Assembly (NCBI GenBank): GCA_047967505.1
Contig: CM106538.1
Reading direction: 5' to 3' (one strand)
Origin: Dipteris shenzhenensis
Lineage: Eukaryota
DNA: 64,000 nucleotides
Shown here: piece after piece, positions 10,801-20,949 of the stretch
Layout of the letters: the number at the start of each line of letters is the position of its first letter
Position numbering within the stretch: position 1 is the first letter of the stretch
Notes under the pieces: generated by a model
The model's input: only the letters and a program-made list of their open reading frames with translations
What the model was told of the DNA's origin: nothing
Databases searched by the model: none
Program-made: the position numbers and the translations under genes

Positions 10801-13800
10801 ATTCTTAGCTTCTTGTTGCGTTTAGGCACAATGACAATGGGTGAAACCCAATCAGTGTGCTCTATCTCGTAGATGAATCCGGCATCTAGGAGTTTTTCCA
10901 GCTTGTCATAAACCATGGCGCCATATTTAGGATTTGTGCGATAAGGTCCACATACCTTAGGGTGAGCACCTTCCCTTATAGGGATCGTGTGAACTGCCAC
11001 TTCTGGTGAAATTCCTTTCATCTCTTTGTATGACCATGCTAGGCAGTCACGGTATTCCATTAGGAGGTCTTTGAGTTTGATTTCATCTTCTTGACGGAGC
11101 CGTTTCCCAATGAAAACCAATTTTTCTTCCTCCCCTTCAAGGGCGAGGTTTATTGTGCGTGTTTTTGCCGGTCCCTCATAGATTGGAGTTTCTCCAATGC
11201 TATCAGTTTCTTGAACTTCAGATTCTCTGATTGGTCTTGGCATTGCTATTGGTGCACTGCCACTTGTATAATTCTTAAAGTATTCTGGCACTTCTCGAAG
11301 ATCGGCCTCTGATGGGGTTGAACTAGCCTGACATGTGTCATATGTACTGGGTGGCATAGTTGCATTTAGTAATTTGTTAGGCTCTTCTTTTCTTTCTTTG
11401 TCTGAAGTCTCTTGATCGAGCTTCATCCGCACATGTGGCTTATATTTCCGAAACTTCTTACGTTGGGAACTGTGGGGTAACTTTTCCACTAGTAAGGTGT
11501 GTCCAAGTAAGGGTTCATGTGCTGCACATACTCCTTCCAGTCCCTCAGGGGACCATTCAAGAGGTGGTGGTTTTGATTTTGTGGGAACTGCCTTTGCAAG
11601 GTACAATTCGACAATCCTTGTTTGGACTCGTTCGAATTCATTGAAGTGCTCGGCCTTGGCTTTTCTGCGATTTCCTCCTGCAGCTTTCTTGCGGGATCTT
11701 CTGCTGTTATGCAACTGTGGAGGTTCAACTTTTGGGAGCTCAATTGCCATTAGGGCATGCAGAATGGCTAGGTCATTATCAAAGATTTGATCTTCAATTT
11801 CAGCATTCGCAGCCTCTGTTTCAAGGTCCCAAGGAAAATCTGAGTCATCATTGGTATGGGTATCTTCTTCAGGTTCATTATCCCATTCGAGGTCAGCCAT
11901 AAAGAATGGCATCTCTAGATCGATTGGTTCTTCATGTGTCGGTGGAGGATCGACCTGTAGTGCGTTAACATCTATCTGTGAGAAGATGGGGTCTAATGAA
12001 TGGCAGTTATCGATGGTTGCCAATGTTTGTATCCAGTTATTGACATTGCTTTGTGAGTCACCTGCTATGGCATGCTGTTGCAAGGGATCTGATTTGCTCG
12101 AGATTGTCGTGGAAGATGTGTCATCCAATGCTCTAGGAACAATTGGTTTAATAACTCCTATCCCCACATTCACCCTGACTGCAGTGTCTCGATTCTAGAT
12201 TGTCAATCTATCCGTTCCCCAGTCATGGAGGACTGATGCTTCCCGTAACCAAGGACGTCCCAGTAAGATTTGATAGGATTTTTTGGGGAGATCCAAGATT
12301 GTGAATTGAAGGGAAAAGCGGACTCCTGCGATCTTTGTGGACACGCCATTCACTATTCCCAAGGGTTTAGCCCGTGAATCATCGGCAAGGCGTATGTTGA
12401 AATTAGCCTTTTGCATTGGTGGGAGACCCCATTCTTCGTAGAGCTCCTTTGATAGGACATTGACACCTGCTCCACCATCCACTATGGCTTGGACTTCATT
12501 ATATGCCTTGTGGATCAAATGCACAGTGATGTTGCGTATGTCATCTCTCTCACCCATCCGCACAGGGATATCTTCAATGTCATTCATAGGTGGAGGGGGA
12601 TTAACGAGTTCAATCCATCCTTTGAAACTCTCCCAGAGATTGGGACAATTTCGTAAGAGGATTCCGATGGGAATTGACACAGGGCAACTCAGGATGCTAG
12701 AGAGTGCAGCTCCTTCAGGTTGACGTGGCGGTACATTCTGTTGTGGAGTCTGTTGTTGGAACAAAGGCTCGAGTACAGTATCAATACTTTGTGGGGCCAA
12801 GTCATGGAGTGGGTCTTGAGCTTGTTTCTGAGCCTCAAATTGAGCTTGTTCATTTTGGACCCATTGTTGAAGTGCCTGAAAACGAGCCTTCTCCACCTCT
12901 GCATTCGGGAATGGAGCTTCTTTTATTCGAGGCTCAGGAGTTGATGTGGATGAACTCGGCTGCTCATTGCTTGGTGGAGGTGGAGGCACTTGTGCTTTCT
13001 TTCTCAGAAGTCGCTTCAGTTGGATTGGAATGATAGGGTCCTTCGTGGCCGCTTTCTGTTGGCGTGTAATTACATTGATAGGTTGTGACCTTAGACTTGC
13101 CGGCGGACCCAGACTTTGATGGTCCACCCCAATGATGCCGATGGGGATGTCAGGCTTAACCTCTGTTTGTTTTGGGACCTTATTTTTCATGGGACAATCC
13201 ATACAGGCATGTCCTATGCCACAATCTCTGCAGAGCGGTTGGAAAGTGGCTGGGCTACCACGATGAGGGCACTCTGCGATCCTATGATTTTCTCCACAAC
13301 CGTAACACTTGATTGGTGCTCGAAATGTATTGGGTCGCACTTGATTTGCATAGACTGGTATTAGACCCTCTGCACCTTCTACTTAGTACACTAGGTACTC
13401 TGCTTCATACTCAAATAGCGAGTCTACTTCCTCAGCTTGTAATTGATGTATGGGAACTGCCTGAGGAGCTGGATTTGGTGCTCTTGGATACGGTCGTGGA
13501 TTCGGATTCCTGAGTAGTTGTGGGACTTGTGTCCGAACGGGAACAGGATTTAGTCTCGGAGCTGGGGGCGCTTGTGGAAGTGCCGGTTGCCTGTATACTG
13601 GCATGGGTGCCGCTTGGTATTGTGGTGGTCGAGGTGGATTGTTGTGCATGTTGAAGATGCAATTGGTCTCATCATGGCCGCCGACGACACAGATATGGCA
13701 CCACAACCGTGGTGGTGGATTTGCTTGTGCAGTGATCCTTGCTCTTAGGACTGGGCATTCATTTGCTGTATGATTTGCCAAGCAGTGTGGGCACCAGACA

Positions 13801-14594
13801 TGTTCTCGCTGTGGATATGTTTGAGTTGGCGGCTGAGACAAGTGAAGTTTTTAATCCATGGCCTGCATCATATCTTCTTTCAGCTTCAAGGTCATGGCCT
13901 CGAGGCGATCTTCATTGGATGTTTCGGCAGTGTCCTTTGATTTACCTTTTTTCAAGCGCTTATCTCGTGTATTTGATCTGGCATCATCACTGCTAGTGTT
14001 TGAATCTGTCATGCCATCTTCGATGTCAATGGCTGCCGCATGAGCGGCACTGAATGTTTCATAGCTACTTATCTTTTTCATATCCTTGCAGATTTTCTTT
14101 CGTAGACCTGCTATGAACCATGCCGTGAGGTACTTTGCATCTGGGCGTGGGTCACATTTGGCGATCAATCTCTTCATCTTTCCCAGGTATGTGTGTACAT
14201 CTTCCCTCCGGCCTTGTTCGATCTTGCTGAGTTGGAGAGCGGGATCATCTTGTAGCCTCTCCGTTTGAAAGCGACGTTTGAATTCGGTTTGAAGTAGGTC
14301 CCATGTGGCACGTTCTTCCACAAGAAGGTCGAGGTACCATTCTGACGCCTCATCAGTTAAGGCCATTGGAAACCAAGCCACCTTAGTTTCATGGGATTGA
14401 TCACCACCTGCTCGACATGCGGCATCAAAATGCTGGAGGAAGCGAGCTGGGTCTCCCCTACCATTATATTTGGGAAGTTCCAGTTTTCCCAAGGGGCGTC
14501 GGCCGTGATTGTTGTGATTTTGTCGATTGAAGAAGTTGTCAGCCTCAGCATTGAGCTCGATATCCCCATCATGCTCATGACGGCGTCCAGCCAT
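7853..14594 (-). pseudogene. gag-pol polyprotein (Gag, zinc knuckles, aspartic protease, RT, RNase H, integrase), recently disabled
   Basis: ORFs 13851..14594, 13383..13841, 12195..13340 and 8574..12173 are in one frame, separated by single TAA/TAA/TAG stops (probably from CAA/CAA/CAG). There is a +1 frameshift in the run at 8630-8633. Motifs: IVDGGAGVN, DGFSGY, PFGLCNAPATFQR, FLDD, TDGSKYAIG, WGIDYVGP, SDRGTHF, GLAESTN, GPY. Confidence 0.95.
10065..11037 (-). repeat. In-frame 486-bp (162-codon) tandem duplication in RT
   Basis: 10065..10551 repeats at 10551..11037; WSYKEMKGISPEVAVH...FGLCNAPATFQR occurs twice in the ORF; about 8 nt differences. Confidence 0.95.
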
Positions 14595-15194
14595 GTTGGG
14601 GCGAGGAGGAGTTAAAGGAAGTTGTTGAATCTCAGGGGGGAGTCGGGGTAGAGGATTGGCGGGGGCGGTTGTTGCAGTGGAGTTAGTTGCGGATGGGGCG
14701 AGCGTTGGAGTCGAAGTCGTTGGCCGGAACGTAACTGCATGCAGATGGTGCGTGATTTGCCAAGGGTGTCGCTACCCCAAGGGCGTTGGTGGAGGTGGTG
14801 TTGTTAGGAGAGTTAGAGTGATGTTAGTTTGTGTAGGGACCGTCGTGTTAATAATGTGCCTAGGATTGTCCTACGTGTGTAGGGAAATGTGCCGGTGCAG
14901 ACGGATCGTTAATCGGAGGTCACGGCGTGAAAATACGAGTGAATTAATGCAAAATGAGGCCCACACGGGGGCGCGAATGAACGTGTGCTAGGGATGTCGA
15001 AATGGTGTGCAATGGGCTGGAAAAATACCCCGTAACGTGGTGTTTCCGTGAGTGAAATCTGGGTTCAAACGGGGTTCAATTTGGGTCCCAAACGGATGAG
15101 TTTCGAGAGGTTAAAGGAGGGGTAAATTTGGCGTTTTGGGGGGGTCCTAATGGTGGTGTGAATGGACTTTAAGTCCAACTGAGGGGTTGAAACC

Positions 15195-15510
15195 AAGTGA
15201 CTCTAGTTAGACTAACTAACCTAGATCCTCCCAGTTATTGTAACTGGAGGTTAACTAACTGTAGTTAGGTACTAACGAAAGAGTTAGTCTAACCTAACTG
15301 AGGTTAAACTAACCGAACCTAGTCTAACTAACTGAGGGTTAACTAAACTAACCTAACTTCAGTTACTACTAACCTAACCGACGTGAACTAATCTAATTGA
15401 GGTTAACTAACTAACCTAGGGTTAACTAACCTAACCTAACCTAACTTAGGTTATCTAACTAACCTAACTGTAGTTAGTCACTAACCTAAGATTAGTTTTA
15501 GGTTAGGTTT
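15195..15510. repeat. Degenerate CTAA/TAAC low-complexity tract with small hairpins in the element leader
   Basis: Dense ctaactaac/gttag units, e.g. hairpin ccagtta-ttg-taactgg near 15230-15248. Confidence 0.75.
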
Positions 15511-15532
15511 TTTTTTTTTTTTTTCAGACGCT

Positions 15533-16866
15533 GGGGGGACGCTCCGACGGCGGCGCCCGGGGGGGGTGGGGGGGGGGGTGGTTTTGCGCAGGGGGGTTAA
15601 CGCGGGGGGTGAGGGGGGGTTTTGCGCGGGGGGGTGAGGGGGGTTTTGCGCGGGGGAGGGCGAGGGGGTGCGCGGGGGGGGAGGGGGGTTTTGCGCGGGG
15701 GGCGGCGGGGGAGGGCGAGGGGGTGCACGAGGGAGGGCGGGGGGTGGCGCGGGGGGCAACAGGGGAGGGCGGGGGGTGGCGCGCGGGGGGGAGGGGTGGC
15801 GCGCGGGGGCGGCGCCGCGCCGCGGGGCGGGGCGGCAGTGGCGCGCGCGGGCGGGGCGGGCCGGGGGTGGCACGCGCGGGCGGGGGCCGCGCGGGGTGGC
15901 GCGCGCGGGCGGGGGGCACGCGGGGGCAGCGCCGCGCTGCGGGGCGGGGCGGGGGTGGCGCGCGCGAGCGGGGCGGGGCCGGGTAGCGGGGGCTAGGGGG
16001 GTGCGCGGGGCGGGGTAGCGAGGGCTGGGGGTGCGCGGGGCGGCGGCGCTGCGTGCGCCGCCGCCGTGGGGCGGGGGGTGGGGGGTTAGAGAGAGGGGGC
16101 GGGGGTTTACAGAGAGGGGGGGGTAAGGGGGAGGGGGTAAGGGGGAGAGAGAGGAGAGGGGGGGGTGGAGGGGCGAGCGTAAGGGGGGAGAGAATGAGGG
16201 GGAGAGAGGAGAGAGTGAGAGAGAGAGAGGGGGTGGGGGAGAGAACGAGGGGGAGAGGGGAGCGAGTGAGAGAGAGAGGGGGTGGGAGAGAGAGAGAGGG
16301 CAAAAAGGGGGGGAGAGGAGAGAGAGAGAGAAAGGGGGAGGGGAAGAGGGAGATGAAGGGGGAGGGGCAGGGGGGAGGGGGAGGTGGAGGGGGAGGGGGG
16401 AGGGGGGAGGGGGAGGGGGAGATGTAGGGGGAGGGGGAGGGGGAGAGGGGGAGGTGGAGGGGGAGGGGGAGAGGGGGAGGGGGAGATGAAGGGGGAGGGG
16501 GGAGGGGGTGGTGGGGAGGTGGAGATGAAGGGGGAGGGGGGAGGGGGAGGGGGAGATGTAGGGGGAGGGGGAGGGGGAGAGGGGGAGGTGGAGGGGGAGG
16601 GGGAGAGGGGGAGGTGGAGATGAAGGGGGAGGGGGGAGGGGGTGGTGGGGAGGTGGTGGTGGAGGGGGAGGGGGAGAGGGGAGGTGGTGGTGGAGGAGGG
16701 GGGAGGGGGAGAGGGGAGGTGGTGGTGGAGGGGGAGGGGAGAGGGGGAGGTGGAGATGAAGGGGGAGGGGGAGGGGGGAGGTGGTGGGGGAAGGGGGAGA
16801 GGGGAGGTGGTGGTGGAGGGGGAGGGGGAGGGGGGGAGATGGTGGTGGAGGGGGAGGGGGAGGTGG
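15533..16866. repeat. 1.3-kb extremely G-rich (+ strand) low-complexity tract in the element leader
   Basis: GGGGCGCGCG-type block (to ~16085) followed by a GGGGAG/GGTGGAG purine block; almost no T. Confidence 0.9.
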
Positions 16867-17510
16867 AAAAAAGAGGAAAAAAACCTGAAAGACTGAAATC
16901 GAAAAGCAGGGAGAAGTGGTCACCTGAACACTCTCCAAGTCTTTCTCGATGTAACGGGATTGTTGCGGAACAATGGACGGTGGGTGGAAGGCTAGGTCAT
17001 CGCTGCGAGAAGGGCTCGATGTCACTTACATGGCGAGGATAGGAGTAAGGGGGTGGTCGATGGAGAGGGAGGAGTGTCTTGCGTGGGGCTCAGAATGAGG
17101 AAGAGAATGGAGGCAAAAGTGAAAGATGAAGAATGAGGGGGGTGGAGTAGGTTTTTATAGGATTGGATTTTAGGTTTAGGGTTTAACCCTAAACTCTTCC
17201 CGAGCCATAACTCTTTATGTAGAGCACGGTTTGCTTTTCTGTAAAAAGGTAAAATGATCGAAATTGAAAGCTCTACGCAACCGTGTCCACTACCTAGCCT
17301 GATTATAGATCATGTGGCTTCTATTTAAGAAATTAAGAAAATTTCTTAAGGTAGTAACCCAAAGTGGATGTTTGGGGTTGATATGTTTGGCTAGAATTGG
17401 AAAAAATTTTTACTCTCCTTGCCCTTGAGTGTTATGTTCGTAAAAGTTTGAAGTAGTGACTTGTTTTACACATACCTACGTATGTTTACTCGCTACTTGA
17501 GACGCTAGTC

Positions 17511-17528
17511 TCCTCGGCAACGGTGCCA
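17511..17528 (-). promoter_or_regulatory. Primer binding site, tRNA-Asp type
   Basis: TGGCACCGTTGCCGAGGA lies 2 nt after the 5' LTR, with 2 G>A mismatches to the Athila-type PBS TGGCGCCGTTGCCGGGGA. Confidence 0.88.
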
Positions 17529-17530
17529 AA

Positions 17531-18686
17531 TGTTGGCTCTTTCCTACTGCTTTCGTAGGAAGAGCTGGGTTTTTCTATGTTGCAGGGTTCCGAGGCTTTT
17601 TTTCACCTACAGATATGTTGGGATTGTCGTTGTAGTATATGTGTAGCTTAGGACCTCGAGTCGTGTTCCGGTGAGAGACGTAGGCTTAAGTGTGGTAAGC
17701 GAACAAAGTGCAAGTATGTGTAAAAGGCACGTAAACCATCGTTGTTGGGGTAATGAAGGCTTTCGCCTTCATTGGGGGTTGTAGGGTTTAGGAGGAGTTT
17801 AAAGGTTCAGAAGGAGGTTCCAGGGTTTAGAAAGAGTTCAAGGGTTCAGAAGGAGGATCCAGGGTTTAGAAAGAGGTTCCAAGGTTTAGAAGAAGTCCAG
17901 GATTAGAAGGAGAATCCAAGGTTCAAAGTAGAGTACATGGTGGAGAACTCGTCTCCCTCGTAGATCATGGAGTTTAAGGGTTTAGGAAAGCATAGGAGTG
18001 GGAGAGGAAGAAGGTGTAATAGTATGGGTGAAAGAAGAGAGAGGAGGAAGGAGGAGGAGGGAAGAGGCGGAGGGAGGGGGAGGAGAGAGGAGGAGGAGGA
18101 GGAGGGAGGAGGAGGAGGAGGAGGAAGGAGAAGGAGGGAGGAGGAGAGGGAGAGGGTGGGTTGCAGGGTTGGAGAAGAGGGGAGAAGGGTTGCAAGGTTA
18201 GGACATGCTTTTGGACGTGCTGTGCAAGGAAGCATGGACACTTGAGACAAATGCTTGGAATACCAATGTAGACTCAACACAATGCCCCAAGAGTGTGGGC
18301 TTCATTCCATTATGGGGTATTTATACAAGTTGGAGAGCTTCTCTCTCTGCATGTAACACAAAGTCGTATCACAAAGTTGTAACACAAAGTTGTATCACAA
18401 AGTTGTAACACAAAGTTGTGTCACAAAGTCGTAACACATTCTCTCTCTTCATGTAGAAGTTGTAACACAAAGTTGTTACACAAAGTTGTAACACAAAGTT
18501 GTAACACAAAGTTGTGTCACAAAGTCGTAACACATTCTCTCTCTTCATGTAGACAAACTCGTAACACAAAGTTGTTACACAAAGTCGTAACACAAAGTTG
18601 TGTCTCAAAGTTGTAACACAAAGTTGTATCACAAAGTTGTTACACCTTCTCTTTCTTCATAAGTTCATGTTGGCACAGAGTCAACA
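17531..18686 (-). repeat. 5' LTR
   Basis: TG...CA ends with a 9/10 terminal inverted repeat (TGTTGGCTCT / AGAGTCAACA); flanked by the PBS and the TSD. Confidence 0.96.
18319..18325 (-). promoter_or_regulatory. Probable LTR TATA box (TATAAATACCCC)
   Basis: TATAAAT on the element strand directly downstream of the 13-bp array; the 3' LTR copy is at 3363..3369. Confidence 0.6.
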
Positions 18687-20949
18687 CATACGGAGCATGT
18701 TGCGGGAATTCATGATGAGCTATTATGATGACATACTACCAATGGACTGGCTCAGTATTTGTGAGTTTTCCTTGGCACGGCCAGTGTCAACATGGGGTAG
18801 ATGGGTTTGCTCCTTGATGCTTTGCAAGGGGACGTGCAAGCTGAGTGGGATAGATAATCACACACTGGCATGAGGCAATGGCTCCGTCGACATGCCATAT
18901 GGTTCCGCACCAATGTTGTCTAGATACGGATGGTGATGCGGGTGCCAGTGGCAGTGCGAGGTCAGTGCCGCAAAGTGGTCCTCAAGTGTAGGCAGTCTCT
19001 AGTTCGATGGGTTTGAGTACTTTCGTAGATGGGAGCGGTAATGCAAAAAAGGGTAAAGGGGTGGTTATGGAGTTAGTACCTACTGAGGAAGATTGGCACG
19101 CAAAGTATGAGGAATTGGTTCAAGACATTGTGGAAGTTGTTGCTCGCTCAGGTAGAAAGGTATAGGTTTCGAAGCGGCAAAAGCGTTCCCTTTGTTTTGG
19201 TTGGAGTTGTGTGCCCACTCCTTGCCCTCCTTGGTGGAATGAAGCGGATCAATTTTTGGAGAAGTTTTAGCATGTCCTTATCTCCTCGCTCTCCTTGGTG
19301 GAATGAAGCGGATCAATTTTTGGAGAAGTTTTACAATAAGCACACTCGTTTTCCTGGGCTGCCTGATCCCCTTTCTTACGAGCCAATTGTAATAGAGCAT
19401 CCAGCTACATAGGAAGAGAGTTGGCAACAAAAACTACCATAGGATGCATGAATTGAAGAGAGACTTCCTCTTGAGTAGTGGCCTGTGCATCAGCCAATGA
19501 ATTGGTCAAAACCGCATCCATTACAGTGGCTGATGGAGATGGAAAAGGATCGGCAGTTGAAGATATGGTTGCAGAAGAGGCAACAAGAGACTACTAATGC
19601 AAGTTTGAGTGGAGCTAAGCCTGCAAAGCAGTTGCTACCGGAGTTGAGTGAACGCAGTGATGTGGGACCAAGCAATGTTGGGGCTCCTAGTGCACACTTG
19701 CAGTGTGGCTCAAGGTTGGATGAAGAGTGAGTTCGCAATAGCAGTGGCTTTTGGGTAGCCTCGCAGTTTGAAGAGCACCCGGAGCGCTGTGTGCTATTGT
19801 ACAAGCAAGCAATGACAGCCCGATTCTTACTTCTTTAGTACAGATAGATTCGGAAAGAGATGCTTGTTTTCATGCATCCTTAGTGATTTGTTCGCATATT
19901 CCTAAGTTGTAGCTAGTTCTCTATCAAGGCTCTACCCAAAATGATTGTTGCATAGATATACGAGCGCATATTGATGTCTGTCATAGGGGATGGGTATCTA
20001 TTGTGGATTCACACAGTCCACCATGAGTGCCATGTGTTATTGCATAACCGTGAGGGTTAGCAGTAGTAATAACTGCGAGGGGTGTGCACAGGTAGGTTAG
20101 TCGCAATGGCTGACAGTTCGGGTCTTCAACGGTTCCTAACCGATATCTTGTTCTTGTATGCATGCTATTACTAGCATTCTGACTCTATTTTGCCCAGAGG
20201 GATATATGAGCTCTTGCTCTGAGTTGTATACATCTTATGCAGTGTTATGGTGATCATCTTCTTTTCTTGTTCTTTGTGTTTTCAGTAGATGATGCCTTGT
20301 ATTCATTTGTATACCCCGTAGTGCCTGTACGGTATCATGATGCTACAATTACCCTCATTCCTATCCACACTGAGGTCAAGATGCCCATCATGACACTATT
20401 ATGGGGTAATCCTACTGTATGGAGAGACCTCTCAGATTGGATGAATGGGAAAATATTGACACCCCAATCTCATGAGAAAGTTGTTGAATCTCCCAATCAA
20501 GCTCAAGACCTTCCAAGGGTGCCAATCAACAAACTCGGCCAATCCTTTGGTCCTGAAGATTCTTGGTATGCTCTTATACCTGAGTTAGAAGACTCACTAT
20601 ATTAGATGCATACATTGGCCACAATAGATCTGCCAAGTACGAAGGGAACTCAATTTATGCACCTTGACAATGATAAACCTACTAGCATTACACCTTTTTA
20701 CACCATAAGAGAGGTACTACCTAGTCAGGCAGCAAAACATTGATAGGGGGTCAAACAGTCATGAAAACCACACACTCCTACTAGTTCCGACTTGGGAGAA
20801 TAATCCATCCATGCTTAGACTTTATCAACGATCCAAAGCCCATAGTGGTTGCCTAGGAGAGAGGAAAGAATGTCCTTTGTGGCTCGGGAAACGACTGGAC
20901 CATGTGCGCATAATGAGTGGCCAAGTAAGAAGCACTTTGAAGACTTTGA

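Larger units (their letters stand above)
2575..18686 (-). mobile_element. Full-length Athila-like (non-chromovirus) Ty3/gypsy LTR retrotransposon, 16.1 kb
   Basis: Two 1156-bp LTRs; 5-bp TSD CATAC (2570-2574, 18687-18691); tRNA-Asp PBS; gag-PR-RT-RH-INT order; no chromodomain or second RNase H seen. Confidence 0.96.

Noticed and set aside
15481-17025. 514-aa Pro-rich ORF and overlapping Gly/Arg-rich ORFs
   Set aside because: By-product of a G/C tract that lacks stop codons; open in several frames; starts at GTG; not an extensin or formin.
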